A stretch of DNA of 64,000 nucleotides, taken from contig MCFE01000029.1 in NCBI GenBank assembly GCA_002104905.1, positions 162,335 to 226,334 on the forward strand. Reading direction: 5' to 3'. Positions 11,601-25,390 of the stretch are shown here, in pieces. Positions within the stretch are counted from its first letter, which is position 1, and each line of letters opens with the position of its first letter. Source of the DNA: Basidiobolus meristosporus CBS 931.73. Its lineage: Eukaryota; Fungi; Basidiobolomycota. The notes under the pieces are model-generated. The model made no database searches. It had not been told where the DNA came from and worked only from the letters and a program-made list of their open reading frames with translations. The position numbers and the translations under genes were made by a program.

Positions 11601-14089
11601 CTGAGGAGCTTCAATTCGCTGAGGCCGAAGTTGCTAGACTGGCCTCCTTGTTGGAATCCGCTAAAGCACAGAATGAGGCTGAATTAGAAGCCTTACGTAC
11701 AGCCAGTGAAGCCTCGCTATCGGCGACAAAGCAGGAGAAAGAAGAGATATCCGAAAAATTAGATGCTGCTACTTTAGAACTCTGCCAAATTAAGGATTCA
11801 CACAGAGAGCAGCTGAATCTTCTTACTTCTGAGCATCAGGACGAGCTTCAAAAGTTGACCGAAGAGATGGAGTCGTTGAAGAGCACACAAGTTATTAACC
11901 GTGATTCGCAGGACTCGTACGAAATGGAGATCCAAAAGCTTACCGATGAGATGAGCCAGATAAAAGAGAAGCATACCCAGGATTTGGAGGCTTTGGCTGT
12001 TAGCCATCGTACATCTCTTGATGAAGTCCAACGTGAAAGGAGTGAAGTGATCAAGCAAGTTGAGGAACGTGATATTGGGCTGATTTCACTCAAGGAAGGA
12101 TATGAGCACCAGCTGGAAGCCCTTCGTGACTCTCATCAATGTGAGGTAAAAGCTCTCATGGATGAGTTGGAAAAATTACAGGCTGCTCAGCAAGAGGAGG
12201 AGCAGGTAATAGCTCGAAATGAAGAGGTAAAGTTGTCGATAGCCCAACTTAACGAAAAGCATGCCGAGGCGGTAGCGGCCCTTCAAGCCGAGCATCAAGC
12301 TGCGTTGGAGACTGCTGAGACACAAAGAAGTGAATTATTGCAAAGTAATGAAGTGCTTGCCAGTAAGATGAAATCTTTGGAAAGCACTCATGAGGAGGAG
12401 CTGAATGCTTTGCGAAATGAGTTGGAATCTCTGCAAGGAAAATCGCTGCAGGATACTAAACTGGAGGCAGAATTGGCACGCGTTAGTGAAGAGTTGGAAA
12501 ATGTCAAAGCTCAGCATGTCGAGAAACTAGAGCAACTAAGTAAGCAATACGAGGAGTCGATTGCAAAATTCGAGCTTGAAACCGAGGAACTCGAAAGAAA
12601 AGTTCAACTTGGTGATGCCGAAATCGCATCGCTTATCAGTTCACATGAGGACAAGATCCGAAGCTTGAGCGAAAGTCATAGTGGCGAGATTGCTTTTTTG
12701 AAGGAGGAATTGGATGAAGCCAAAGGAGAGCTCACCGAGCTGCGTCAGGAGCGTGAGGCTAACCTAGCAGAGATCGCCTCCCTCAGTACTGAGATCCAAT
12801 CGCTTCGTGCTCAGCATGAATCTACTTTGAAAGAGTATGAGGAATCCACCATGAGCGTTGAGCAGTCGCTTCAGGTAACTATTAGAACAACTAGTTTTCA
12901 TGGATTCACTGACAGTTTACCTTTACAGGCCAAGATCGATGAGTCCGTAGCACAAGCCCTAGAGGATATTCAAATCAAGCACGAATCAGAAATCGAGAAG
13001 TTACAAGCTGATCATTCTGCAGAGTTGCAAAAGGTAAATTCTGCAGTGGAGGAGTTAACCACTAAAGCTGCAGAATTAGATGCTGTCCGACGAGAACTGG
13101 AAATCCTTCGACAGAGCAATATTTCAGAACTAGACTCCATGAAGGCCAAGCATGATACCGAACTGAGTCAGGCAAACGAGTTGTTTGAAGAACAGTTCAA
13201 TGTAAAGATTAAGGAGATTGAGGCTCTGAATGTTTCGCTTTCTAGTGTGGAAGAAGAAAGAGCAGCTTTGAAGAAGGAAGTCGAGGTATTTGCATGGACA
13301 ATTACTTCATTGTATCGATTGTAGAAATTTATGTACTGGGATTCCAGGAAATTCGAACGGAACTGGCGAATCTCACAGATAAACATGAGCTGGAGTTAGA
13401 GCAAATCCGCAATACTCACCAGACTGAGATCGCCGCCAGGGAGGAGGAAGTTTCTAGAATCAAAACCGGTTTGCAGGAGGAGATCGCAGTAAGTTGGAAC
13501 TGTTTCACATGGATGGATATCATGCTTTATAACACAGTTTTCTCAGATTGCTACCCAATCCGTTGAACAAGAATTGAATGAGAGATTGGCCAAGTCTGAA
13601 GAAGCGCTTGAAGAAGAACGTAAGGCGCACTCCAGCTTGAAGGAAGAGGTCGCTGGCTTTGCTGAAACCAAGGATCAGCTGAGCGCTATGACTCAGAAGC
13701 ACGAGAGTGATATGGAGCAAATGGATACTCACTACGCCAGCCAACTTGCAGGCAAAGATCAGGAGATAAAGGATGTGAAACAACAGCTAGACAACCTGAC
13801 TTATTTGCAGAAGCAAGAGTTGGAACAGCTGAAGAAGCGGTATGAGGAAGATTTGGCAGCACTTGAAACCATCCAGCGACGAGAGTCGGAGGAAAGCGAG
13901 CGCTTGTTACGTAGTGAAGGAAGCAAGCTCAAGGCTACCAATGAAGACTTGGAAATTCAAATTGCTCACCACAAACACGAGATTGTTGAACTCAACCAGA
14001 CAGTAGAGAGCCTTCGCGATGAGAATAGCCAGATGATCAAACTCATCAACCAACTGCAGGAAGAAATGCACAAGATGATGTCTCGTTGA
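8606..14089 (+). CDS. Very large coiled-coil protein with an N-terminal Ser/Thr/Pro/Lys-rich region, 4 predicted exons
   Basis: 1572-aa ORF plus in-frame downstream exons via GT..AG introns near 12874-12928, 13285-13324 and 13489-13547. The E/L/K/Q/H-rich body has a recurring LxxxHxxEL motif. Confidence 0.85.
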
Positions 14090-14810
14090 ATCGCTGCCTC
14101 GACCGAAGCCCCTACCCTGGCTCGGTCTTCGTCAAGCTCCTCGGCGTCGGCCCAATCTCCTGGGCGGCCATCGCTATTCACCTTCAACTTTTTTGGGAAA
14201 AGATGAGCGCCTACCTACCATTTTTTCTTAATCCAGTTAACCTTTGTATAATCCCTTTAACTCTCGTATGACTATCACCTAATATATTCCTATCATTAAT
14301 TGTGTGTAAACGTGAGCAATAAATGTTCATGGAAATCGTCATCTTGCATTCCCAACCTTAATCTAGTACCCAGTGTATCACCTGCATACAAGGATCTTCA
14401 ACCTGACATGATCGCCGTAATGCATGTCAGTCACTTCCTACATGAATTCAAGAGTGATTGGCCAGCAAAGAGATCTCAGGACTAACCTACCATTTCCTCA
14501 GGACTCAAACGATGTAAGCGGCAGTTTCAGTCACTCCAATGGTTGCAATCATCAGTTACAAACATTGATAGGTCTAAGGAACGTGGTCAATATAATCAGA
14601 CACGAGTGTCATGTACCCCCTTCCTAGTCCATCCACGCACCAAAGAAAAGCGGCCAAGCTGCTTGAATCGCCCTTTTCACCTTTGCCTCTCTACATTCCC
14701 ACGACAACTTTGCCTATCTTTAATACTGAAGTGCTTTCGTGGAATTCTTCCCCGGAAACTAGATATCATTACCTCGGTGGCAGTCTCATATATCATTAAG
14801 CCACTGATAT

Positions 14811-16203
14811 ATGTCCCCTGAAGAGAGACCCAAACGCTCCCATTGGGAGCAACTCACCCGATTTTTCGTTCGGAAAAACGAAACGGTCAAACCGACCATC
14901 AAGGAGCGCTGGAAGAACGTGGTCACTAGAACAAAAACCCTATCCGCCAGGAAGCTTACCATCAGAAGGGGGGGAACGAAAAAAGGTAAGACCCGTTGGC
15001 TTCGCATTGACCAAATCCGCTCTAACTGGTCCTCAGCTTTTTACCCAAAAGAGATCCCTAGATCGATTTTTGGTGTGCCCATCGCATCCTCTATCCGATA
15101 TGCGGGAATCAAAACCAACATCAGACCAAATGAGAGCTATCTATGCTACACGATGCCCATCGTCATTGTTAAGTGTGGTGAGTTCCTGCGGAAGCACGGT
15201 ATGTGGATTGTAACTTCTGAGTCGTCCATGGACTTTACCCAATAACCGTGTGTTTAGCCCAGACCACCAAAGGGATTTTTCGTGTGAATGGTTCAGCTAA
15301 GCGAGTGAATGAGATTCAGGCTCTCTTTGATCTGGCGCCGGATTTCGGAAGAGACGTGAGTTTCGAGAGTTACACGGTCCATGACGCAGCCAACCTTCTC
15401 CGACGATACTTGAACAGTCTACCGGAACCGGTGATCATTCATCAGCTGTACTTCCTGTTCCGGAAAGTATATGGTAAGCTTGAACTACGGTGGAGGTACT
15501 GATTGTCGATCCAGTGGAACTAACGGTGAATGTAGATGAATACCGTACGGACGAAGAGAGGTTGGTTAGAGCCTTTCAGGCATCTATGGTGTATCTACCG
15601 CATGCGCACCAAGCCTTGTTGATCTACATCTTGGATTTACTCGCATTCTTCGCCGAGCAGGCGGAACAAACACTGATGAATATCACCAATCTGGCTTCTG
15701 TGTTTCAACCTTGTATTCTGGCCCATCCGATTCATGAGCTGAATCCGGAGGAATACAAGATTTCCCAGGCAGTGGTTGCCAGCTTGATCAAGAATCATGA
15801 TCGTTTGAGTATGGCTCGTCATGCGCTTGGTAGACAAAAAGAGCTACCGCCCATACCGGTCAAGAAGCCCACCCTGGAGATAGATACCCAACCTTCCACC
15901 AAAGCTCTAAAACGGAGTAAAACAAGTGCATCACCCTCGCTGAACCGTCAGTTGATTCGCACGTTGTCGCTAGGGAAGAAACATCTCATTCATAAGACCA
16001 AGCCGATGGAGCTTGCCACGTTCAAGATCGCCCTTGTTGAGCACGAGAAGTTGAAACCCAAACTGGTGATCTACCAACATCATCCCCAGTGTGAGCCCAC
16101 CATCATTGGCTCCATCCCAATCACCAACAACATCCGCCGCAGTCTAACATTACCTAACCGCTTAGCATACACCCATCCCAAGAAGAGCTACAACGAGTGT
16201 TAA
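14811..16203 (+). CDS. Rho GTPase-activating protein (Sac7/Bag7-like)
   Basis: Motifs IFGVPI, PIVIVKCGEFL, GIFRVNGSAKR (arginine finger), VHDAANLLRRYLNSLPEPVI and MNITNLASVFQP; two introns. Confidence 0.9.
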
Positions 16204-16927
16204 CCACTATCCACACAGACGGCCGGTAAATCCATGAATGTTAGACCTAAACCTCCCCCACATGTAATTCATCCTAAATTGCCTAAACCTCCCCAGGGAA
16301 TCAGTGAATAATCTACTAACACTGGTGTGTCCATCCACCTCCTCCCTCCTCCCTACATTCCTTAGAACCGAGGGAATTAATATTGATGATAACTATAAAT
16401 ACATTAATTATCACTAGTACTTGTGCGCAGGCACAGGCCTATGGCGCAAGTGAGACCAGTGTCCAGAATGTCCACCTGATCAGTGTCATTCTCCTGCGGG
16501 ACTTGAGTGGTTGCGAAGTGGCTTAGTAAATTCATACATTTCGACATATCCATGAATGATGCATATCATCCTTGTCACTCCTACAACGCAGCCCTCTAAC
16601 CAATAACAAATGTGTGGGGCCCCTTTACTTTTAGATGAATCATTCCCAGCAGGGTACTTTTATTGGTCTTGTGTAAGCGAGTGAATGAATCAGATGTCAT
16701 CTGAGACCTTATCAATAGGAAATTGTGTGGGGCCCCTTATCACAAAAAGGGCATCCGTGGGCCTAAGGATACCTTGCTGCCTATTACAGCGCGCATCCCT
16801 CACAAAGTCTCTTGACATGTCAAGGCAAGAGTCAATTTATTTCGGATAATAAAATATATACACTCAATGACCATAGTGCTAGCTAAGAATCCATAAAATG
16901 AATAGGGTGATTGATCCACATCAGCCA

Positions 16928-17458
16928 CTAATTGCCAGAGGCTGTGCCGTGATGGAGTAGTTCACGATCCCAAAGATAGAGTCCCAAACCATCCCCACCC
17001 ACACGCTTCAGCTGAGTCACCATGTCGGAGATCTTCTTGATAGATTCCACCTGCTCGGTGAGATAGTGGGTTTCGATGAAATCACAGAATTGCGGGTCCC
17101 CATTTTCTGCTGAGATGTTGTGAAGGTTCAGCAAGGATTTGTTGACATCTTTCTCGAGCTGCAAGGCCGCTTCCACGGCATTCTGTGCTGACTGCCACTC
17201 ACACGAAGGGTTTGGGATCGACTGGAGGTTGACTCGGCCTCCTCTTTGGTTTTGGTAGTCGATCAGTTTCTGTGCATGCTCACGCTCTTCTTCCGCGCTA
17301 TCCCGGAAAAATTTCGCTAGGCCGGGCAACGCAACATTATCCCTATCGAAGTAGGTAGCCATGGAGGTGTAAGTGTACATGGCCGTGAACTCCATGTTAA
17401 TTTGGTTGTTGATGCCTTCCTCGGAGGCGATGGCAAAGTTTTGTTTGGCAAGAGACAT
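16928..17458 (-). CDS. Ferritin (eukaryotic-type, ferroxidase centre residues present)
   Basis: Motifs QINMEF, YFDRDNVALPG, EEREHAQKL, QRGGRV, ALQLEKDVN, DPQFCDFIE and YLTEQVESIK. TATA-like CATATAAA lies about 55 bp upstream. Confidence 0.95.
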   Translation of the reverse strand: MSLAKQNFAIASEEGINNQINMEFTAMYTYTSMATYFDRDNVALPGLAKFFRDSAEEEREHAQKLIDYQNQRGGRVNLQSIPNPSCEWQSAQNAVEAALQLEKDVNKSLLNLHNISAENGDPQFCDFIETHYLTEQVESIKKISDMVTQLKRVGGDGLGLYLWDRELLHHGTASGN

Positions 17459-18816
17459 GTTGATGATCAGTGAGAGGGGTGAAATTAAGGTCCGAGGGAA
17501 CTGAGGAATGCTTTATATGCAGCCAAGGACTCTCAGGTTTCTTCATCTTAACCACCAAATTTATCGGGTTAAGTAGTACGCAATTTCGTGGCTTGGCCAA
17601 GGAGTGTTGAGTCTCCTCCTATCATTTTCCGAGGAATACGGTCCCTTCAAGATCCCCACAATATTTCGATGAATAAACAACGGGATTCTTTACGCATTGC
17701 GTTTGATTGACCAGTGGTGTCCCACACTCTTTCTATCTTATTGCACTGCTGCAAAATGGATTCTCTCGCCTGACGGAACACGGCTTATCCTGTTGATACA
17801 CAAAATGAAGTGATCAACTATTCCCATATATGGGTTAGTCTGGATATGAAGACTGAGATTTGGATTTGGATGGGGACTCTGTCATCCAACCGGTGTTTAA
17901 AAGGCTGGGTTGACTCAGCAAACCCTCACCACGAATAAGATACCTGGAAAATATGCTCACCAAGCAGAACTTTACCACTGCCTCAGAAGACTTGCTTAAT
18001 CAGAAAATAGCCCTTAAGTATACTGACTTGTCTGTTTCGCCATACTTTGGAGGATGTAGCATTGCTTTGCCTGTTAGAGTGGAAGTAACTACTTCAGCAC
18101 CCAAATCTTAATTCAAATATCTCTTTCTTTCACAGGATTTGAAAAAAATACTTCAAGAAAATCTCGGGGTAAATATCCTCTGACCTGACTTGCAAAACTT
18201 CACAAAAGCTACTCAAGCAAAAAATCTAGGAACACGAAGATGCAAGGAAAATAATTGATTACCAGAGAAGGCGAGGCGGCGTTTTTTAATTGGCCTCTAT
18301 TGCATCCCTGAAGGCTAAATGGGATTCGGCTTTATAGAGAACCTTTGGTTAACCAGTTAAACAGAGAAAGAAAGAAGTGAATCAGCCCTCGAATGACCTC
18401 AGTCCATGGTCTTGAGGTGGAGGACCCTTCACTGGTCAATTTATCAAGGCATATCATTTTGAACTGCACGAACACTTCGTTTTAGACAGAACTTCTTGAC
18501 CCAGGAGGTGCAGTTGATATCGAAGTTAGCTCACTAGACGACATTGCGATAAGCTTGAACTTCATCTTTTCGACCACGAACTGTTACACAATAGATAGAA
18601 TTCGACAAAAACATTGGGCCATTTCCACCATTGCTCAGTTGGCAATTTATGTTGTTAAAATAGACCGATGATGTATGTGAAAGACAGAACTTTACATGTT
18701 TGTTGGCGGATCTAACAGTCTGCTCAAGGACAAGATGAAGGCAATAAGATATATATATGGGAGAAGACAAGTGTACAAAAATGAAGTTTCCAAAGAGACC
18801 CTCTAGTCAGTCTATT

Positions 18817-19807
18817 TTAAAAAGAATTGTCGTACTTTGCTTTAAATATCCAACTGTTTCCAACCACCCCCATCCCTTGCGCATGGGCCATTCGATAATA
18901 TTTGGCCGCTTTGTGGCGATTCTTTTTCACCCCATGTCCGTGAAGGTAGCAAAAGGCTAGGTCATTCTGGGCATCTGGATCCCCCAGGTTGGCTGCGATT
19001 TCAAAATAGTACACAGCGGTGGACTTGTTTTTGACCACTCCCCAGCCATGCTGAAAACACACTCCCAGCTCGTATATCGCCAGAACCAACTCGTGTTTGG
19101 CCGCCGAGAGGTTTGTGTTGTTCGTAAGGTTGTTCAAGTCAAAGACCGCATACTCTGCAGCCTTCTGGAGGCATTGAAATGCCACTTGTGGATCCGCTTT
19201 ACATCCCTACAGTCAAGAAAGAGTTGGTTGAGTGAATCACACGGAAAATTGGTTCATGTGCCAAGGCAAGCTACATATTCCACCATCTTAGCCCATTTGC
19301 AACCAATGACCAACGTGATATACATATCCCAAAAACCGTCATTACCCAGCCATGCCTCAACGAAATGCCATACAGGAACAGTCCAACAGGTGACCCTTGG
19401 CAAGCGGCAAGTCTAAAGAAGTGAGCGGCTTTTTCCAGTTGATTGTGCTCATGGCATTGTATCGCCTGTTGCACATACTTGTCCGCTAGGGTGGATCCTG
19501 AAGGATTGGCCTCATCTATGGCTTTATACGGCACCCAGGTGGAAAAATCATCTCCATCCTGAGTGTTCCCCTTGATTGGTAAAGAAGGGGAACTCTTCGA
19601 GTTGGCTGCGGCTGACAAGGGGTTTGAGAGACTGGTTGAAAAATGCTTACGGGACGTGAGATTGGTGAACCCTCCTTTCGGAACCTCGAGCTCGCCAGAG
19701 GATTTGTTGCGGGTGGGATAGGATGTTGGAGGAAGGAAAGTCGCTCGGTTTTCCAGGATACTCTCTGGCTGCTTTGGCTTCCAAAAAACCTGCTTTAGAG
19801 CATTCAT
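18817..19807 (-). CDS. Sel1-like repeat protein (Dsf2/Nif1-like), one intron at 19207-19345
   Basis: Motifs LYGISLRHGWGC, AIYELGVCFQHGWGV and DPDAQNDLAFCYLHGHGVKKNRHKAAKYYRMA. Confidence 0.85.
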
Positions 19808-20410
19808 GGGTAATCCAAGAGTGTGCCACGGTGGATTTTGGAATAAGGGTACCAGTGATTAGTCACAACGTAAATAATGCAAAGAATCTCTGCAAAGGCG
19901 TTCACTTAGAGAGGTCAGAGTTAGGGCTTCAGCACTAGGGTTCACTCTTAAAATACCACATACCTAACAGCCAAGGTTATCGCAATTCAAGACGGGGAAG
20001 ACGAAGGAATGTATGCGGCTGGAGGGGGGAACTGGCCAACGCCATGCTTTTAAGAGATCAGTAGAAGCTCAGATTATATGCAAGCAGGACGTTTTTCATG
20101 TTCAGTTAGAACCTCAAACATATCGCATAATCCCACTGCTGTGAGGGCTGCAGGCACTGTATCGAATTGTCAACATAAAAGCAGTCCTACGGGAAAATCT
20201 TGGTCCATATCCCACATATACTACAGATTGGGGGATGGGATCGTATTAAATATGTTCCATCTGGGATTTACACGGAATTGCATCAGATCCATCGATACCC
20301 CATGGATCAGCAAGAGAGGAAATGAAAAAAACTGTATCCATCATATAAATTCGTTTGATTGGTGGCGCCGGAATCTTTCCTTGCTCCTCGGTGTCTTTGA
20401 ACTTCTCAAT

Positions 20411-21430
20411 ATGGTAAGTCTTCATTAGTGTTGATGGATGCAACCCTTGGCCGCGTTAGATTGGTGTTAACTGGGTCTTCTCTAGCCTTTCGTCAAACTC
20501 GTCAAGAATAAAGCTTACTTCAAGCGCTTCCAAGTGAAGTACAGAAGAAGAAGAGGTATGTGTTAATAGAAGCTCGATACTGGATGTCGCTAGGTTAACA
20601 CGGTTATTTCAGAGGGAAAGACCGACTACTACGCTCGCAAGAGACTTGTTGTTCAAGCTAAGAACAAATACAACTCTCCCAAATACAGATTGGTCGTTCG
20701 TTTCACCAACACCGATGTCATCTGCCAAATCGTCTACGCCAAGATTCAAGGCGACTTCGTCTTGGCCTCTGCCTACTCTCATGAATTGCCCAGATACGGT
20801 GTCAAGGTCGGTTTGACCAACTACTCCGCTGCCTACTGCACCGGTCTTCTCGTAGCTCGTCGTGTCTTGACCAAGCTTGGCCTTGCTGACAAATACCAAG
20901 GTGTTGAGGAAGCCGATGGTACCATCTCTCTTGTCGAAGAGCTCGAGGATGCTCCCCGTCCCTTCAAGGCCTTCCTTGATGTTGGTTTGAAGCGCACCAC
21001 CACTGGTTCCCGTGTCTTCGCCGCCCTTAAGGGTGCCTCTGATGGCGGTATCTTCATTCCCCACTCCGAGAACCGTTTCCCCGGTTATGATGCTGAATCC
21101 AAGTCTTTGGACTCTGAAGTTCTCCGTAGCTACCTCTATGGTGGTCACGTTGCCGAATACATGAGCTACCTCGCCGAAGAAGATGAGGACAAGTACAAGC
21201 GTCAATTCGCCAAGTACCTCGAAGCTGGCCTCAACGAGGATAACGTTGAAGAGATGTACGAAGCCGCCCACCAAAAGATCCGTGAGGATCCTACCTTCAA
21301 GCCCACCGAGAAGAAGAAGCCCGCCCAAGGCGAGAAGACCAAGCGTTATCACAAAGTCAAGCTCAACCTCAAGCAACGCCGCAACAAGGTCGAACAAAAG
21401 AAGGCTGCTTTCGCACGTTCCCAACAATAA
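20411..21430 (+). CDS. RPL5: 60S ribosomal protein L5 (uL18), 3 exons
   Basis: ATG|intron|PFVKLVKNKAYFKRFQVKYRRRRE|intron|GKTDYYARKRL, then YSHELPRYG, RPFKAFLDVGL and GASDGGIFIPHSENRFPG. Confidence 0.97.
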
Positions 21431-22733
21431 ACTCCCCCCCATGTACCATTTATTTAATCGCAATAAAAATAATAGGTTCATCGAATCTCATTTGCCAGCA
21501 CCATTTATTGAGCGTTCAGTACGGGTACGTGGAGGAAGTGAGAATTAGGGCTGTCAACAAGTGAATCATCGAAGCACGGTGTAGATCAAGCTCGTTGGAA
21601 TTGAGCGCCAATACGCATGAGGTTGGTTCGTTCGACATGATAGCACTGGCGGGGACGTAGTATCAACGCCAATCGCACTGGCTATATGGGTTGACGACCT
21701 CAATTCCGAGTTCGGATGGATAGTTGGGAGCGCAATGATCATGGTGGTTTCGATAATCAATGACGGTGAAGGTGCTATAGTAGCGCCAGTCTGCTGGGTA
21801 GCAGTGGTGGTTTGACTCTGGAAACTCCCAGAAGTACTGGTGGTGACCAGATAAACTACCTGATTGGACTGGAATTTGGGGGTTTACCATACTGATCCGG
21901 GAGAGAGGCGATATAGTCTGGTAGAGCCACGAACAGCATAGAGTCCGACACATACAAAGAGATGGAACATCTATATAGTCTCAGTAGAGCGATCGAAGGG
22001 TCAGTGTCTTCCTTCTATTCAATTGGAATTAATCATTTAGGCTATTAGGCACATCACCTATGTCTCCTTGAAATGCGCACACAGCATGATCTACCAATTA
22101 AAGGACTCTGAAGTTGGATAGATGACGCTCGTGTGGTACGTAGCGCATATCACTAATGTCCCAGGTTTTCTGCCAAGATCCCAAATTTGTCTTGTGCAAG
22201 TTGAAGAAAACATGCATATCCATCAAACCCGCAACGTAGAGTTTCATAGTTGTTCCCTAGAATGATGGAGTAAACCGCCGAATCCAACTGATATGTATTA
22301 ATAGTAGAATATCATCCTTTATCTAACCCTCGTGACAATAGTTCGTGAACTATCTTGTTTTGATGAAAATATTAAAAATAAATCCAGACTAAGAACTTGG
22401 CCAGGAAATAATGAAGCTCATAAGCTAGGATTGAAGTGTCTAAATGAGTCTAAATATCTGGGTGAAAACACAAAATTAACAATATTTTAGCCCTGAAAAG
22501 TGTGTAAATTTTTTGAACCCAATATACCAGTAGGATTATCATACAAATCTTCTAGTTCTCCAAATCACTTCTAATGCTCCCTAGGTCTAGTAGTAGGAAG
22601 GTATTTGGAGTGAGTGAGTTTAGTTGCGGCTTGCTACAAAATGTTACCTTATGAAAAAATACTAAAGGCCAGCAGAAATCCAATTTTCCTTGAAGTTACC
22701 CAAAACCTTGCATGATCAAGCCCTAACAGATAT

Positions 22734-23080
22734 TTGTGTAAGTTTTGGAGTTACACCTAAATATTCCATTAACACAATCACTTGGATCATAGTCTACAAA
22801 TCCTAAAATACCTTGCCCAAATTCCTTCTCGGAATTTACTTAGAATATTTCACCAAAATATCATGTACCCAGAACACAAAATATCTCAAAGCTGTCCAAA
22901 GGCCCCCAAACTCTGCGCACATGTTCTTGGGATCTTCCTAAGCATGTTCCATGTGTTTGTTTTGCCAAGACCATGTAAAAGTACAAATACCACTTTTACA
23001 TTCAATAAATCATTAAGTGAAAGCCACATACTCTACTTGTTCTTGCAAATACTTCCAATATCTGCAGAAATCTTACAACA
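22734..23080 (-). mobile_element. Solo-LTR-like repeat, copy E (inverted), TSD GATAT
   Basis: Reverse complement of the family consensus, with GATAT at 22729-22733 and 23081-23085. Confidence 0.8.
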
Positions 23081-24322
23081 GATATTTGGTGCAAAAATGC
23101 ATGTAAAATTACAGAAACCTAATATTTGCTATGCTGTGCCTATTGTTATAATTTTTATATTTACATTCACTTAGACACCTAAATCCGTGTTTTTGAGCTT
23201 GATTATTTCCTACCCAAGCTCGATATCTGGATTTACTCAGCAAAATGAAGTATATCCAGAACATGAGTATTCTCGAAGTCGTTCAAAGACCCCAAACTTT
23301 GCTCACACGCTCTCAGGGCCTTGCTAAACATTTTCTTTGGGTTAGTCTTGCTAAGACGTAAAAGCGTGAAATGGTAAGAAGCAGATTTTGCATTGCTTCT
23401 CGGAGAAGATTGAATTCATGGTGAAAGGTTATGGAAAAATTTGCTTCGACTCTTGAGTTTACATCGTTTCTGCTACTACAAAGAATTTTCAAAATATTTT
23501 TCAATATGCGATTTAGCAAGGGAAGAACTATCAAGTTCAGCTGTGCAGCATATGCATGGGAATAAATGTAAATTTAGGAAGTAAACAAAGTGCTAGATTT
23601 CCTTCATACGCTCACTACAATACAGCATTTGAGAGTCAAGTATCAAGAGACGAACCATCAGATAAACATCCCATTTCTCGATTCATCTTGTATAGTTTGT
23701 TATTATATCTAGAATCTAAGCCAATTATCATCCAAGTTCGAGACTAATATTATAGACTATTGAAGGCACACAATTCTTCGAGAAGATGGAAGTAAACCCC
23801 TGCGTTACTGAAACAGTCTAATGCTCTTCTTTGGGCCCCTTAAGTTCATTAGTCTCTGTGACTTTTTACCTTTGCCATGTCAAATAACAGTCATACTTGT
23901 CCAACCACCAGCCCAAGAATCAATCCTATCAATCGATTAATTTCCTGTGACGAATAGCCAGCTCTTTAGTAATACTGCCAGTTGGGGGGGGGAGGCATAG
24001 ATAGATGAGGACAAGTGAGTGAGGTGAAGGGTCAAACTCTCATTTATGCGGCATTTAATTCTAACCATAAATGGTTCAGTGATCGATATTCTCCATTAAT
24101 CGGGATAAAATGAGATTCATCTACAGAGCTGGAATTTAGGTGCACAAAATCTCCATGTAACAAATAAACCTAACTGACAGTTATAAATCAGCAACATTAA
24201 TCTTGTGAAGAAGTCAAGGAAGCGCTTAAGTTCATCATGTCAACTTCACCTCAAGCCTCATATTTTTTCTTTTTGACTTCTGTCACACCATTCAGTTTTT
24301 CTTTCTAAACTACTTCATCAGA

Positions 24323-25390
24323 ATGAAGGTCTCTGCATTAAAAGCGCTTCTGGTCATCTCATGCATCGCTGTCGTCGGAACTGTGAGTGTCCCGGATCCT
24401 AAATTATGCCGTGAATACTGTCAAGGGATTTTCTCAAGACTGAGCACTTATGGTGTATCTGCCCAAGGAGAATCCTGTGACACTGTTGATGCTTCAAAAT
24501 TCCCATCCAGTTTGTCCCAACCCGATATGCAAGATGGCCCTACATTGGTTCAGAGTGCAAAGGATCTTGGATTTCAATGTAATGAAAGCGATTGCCAAAC
24601 GTAACCTACAGATGGCAGTGACAATAGCGATGCTGACAACAGCTATGATTAAATAGGTGGCGTTGGCAAGAGTGGTCAATGTGATCATGGTAAAGGCGAC
24701 ACGATTATGACTCAGTAGGTTGTAGGGGGTTAGGGTGGTAAAGGTGGAAAAGGAGACCATGGCAAAGGCGATAACGACTATGGCTCTGGTATAATAGGCA
24801 ATGGAAGTCAGGGTGACAAGGACTTTAGTGGCTATGGGTCCAATGGCGGTGGAAAAAGAAGCATTGATGATAATGGCTACGACTCGGTAGGCGCCGGAGA
24901 TGAGAAGGACAAGGGCGACCACGGCAGCGGTGACAGCGGAAGTGGATCCATTGGAGGTGGAGACAAAGGCGGTAATGGTGGCAATGGGTCTGGTTCCATA
25001 GGTGGAGGTGGTAAGGGCAATGGATGCTTGATATCTGTCAATATTGGCGGGAAAGGAAGTAGCTACGACGCTGGTGACAACGGTAATGGCTCCGCAGGTG
25101 GAGGCAGTAAAGGAAACGGAGATCTGAAATCGGTCAATGCCGGTGGAGGCAGTAAGGGCAGCGGGGATCTGATCTCGATCAATGCTGGTGGAAATGGCGG
25201 TGGTCACAATAATAGTGATGGCTCCGCAGGTGGGGGCAATAGGGGCAATGGAGATCAGATCTCAGTCAATGTTGGCGGGAGCGGGGGGAACCACAACAAT
25301 GAGTACGGCTCCATAGATGGAGGAAGTAAGGGCATTGGAAATCTGGTTTCGGTCAACACTGGGGGTGGGGAAAGGCGATGGACACAACTC
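24323..25390 (+). pseudogene. Degenerate paralogue of the secreted Gly-rich repeat protein
   Basis: N-terminus MKVSALKALLVISC..VPDPKLCREYC is nearly identical to the 29928 gene. Stops occur at 24602 (where the paralogue has Lys) and near 24650, with a frameshift; the Gly-rich repeats continue to ~25390. Confidence 0.85.

Noticed and set aside
17459-17510. Iron-responsive element in the ferritin 5' UTR
   Set aside because: No CAGUGN-loop hairpin is visible in the short leader.
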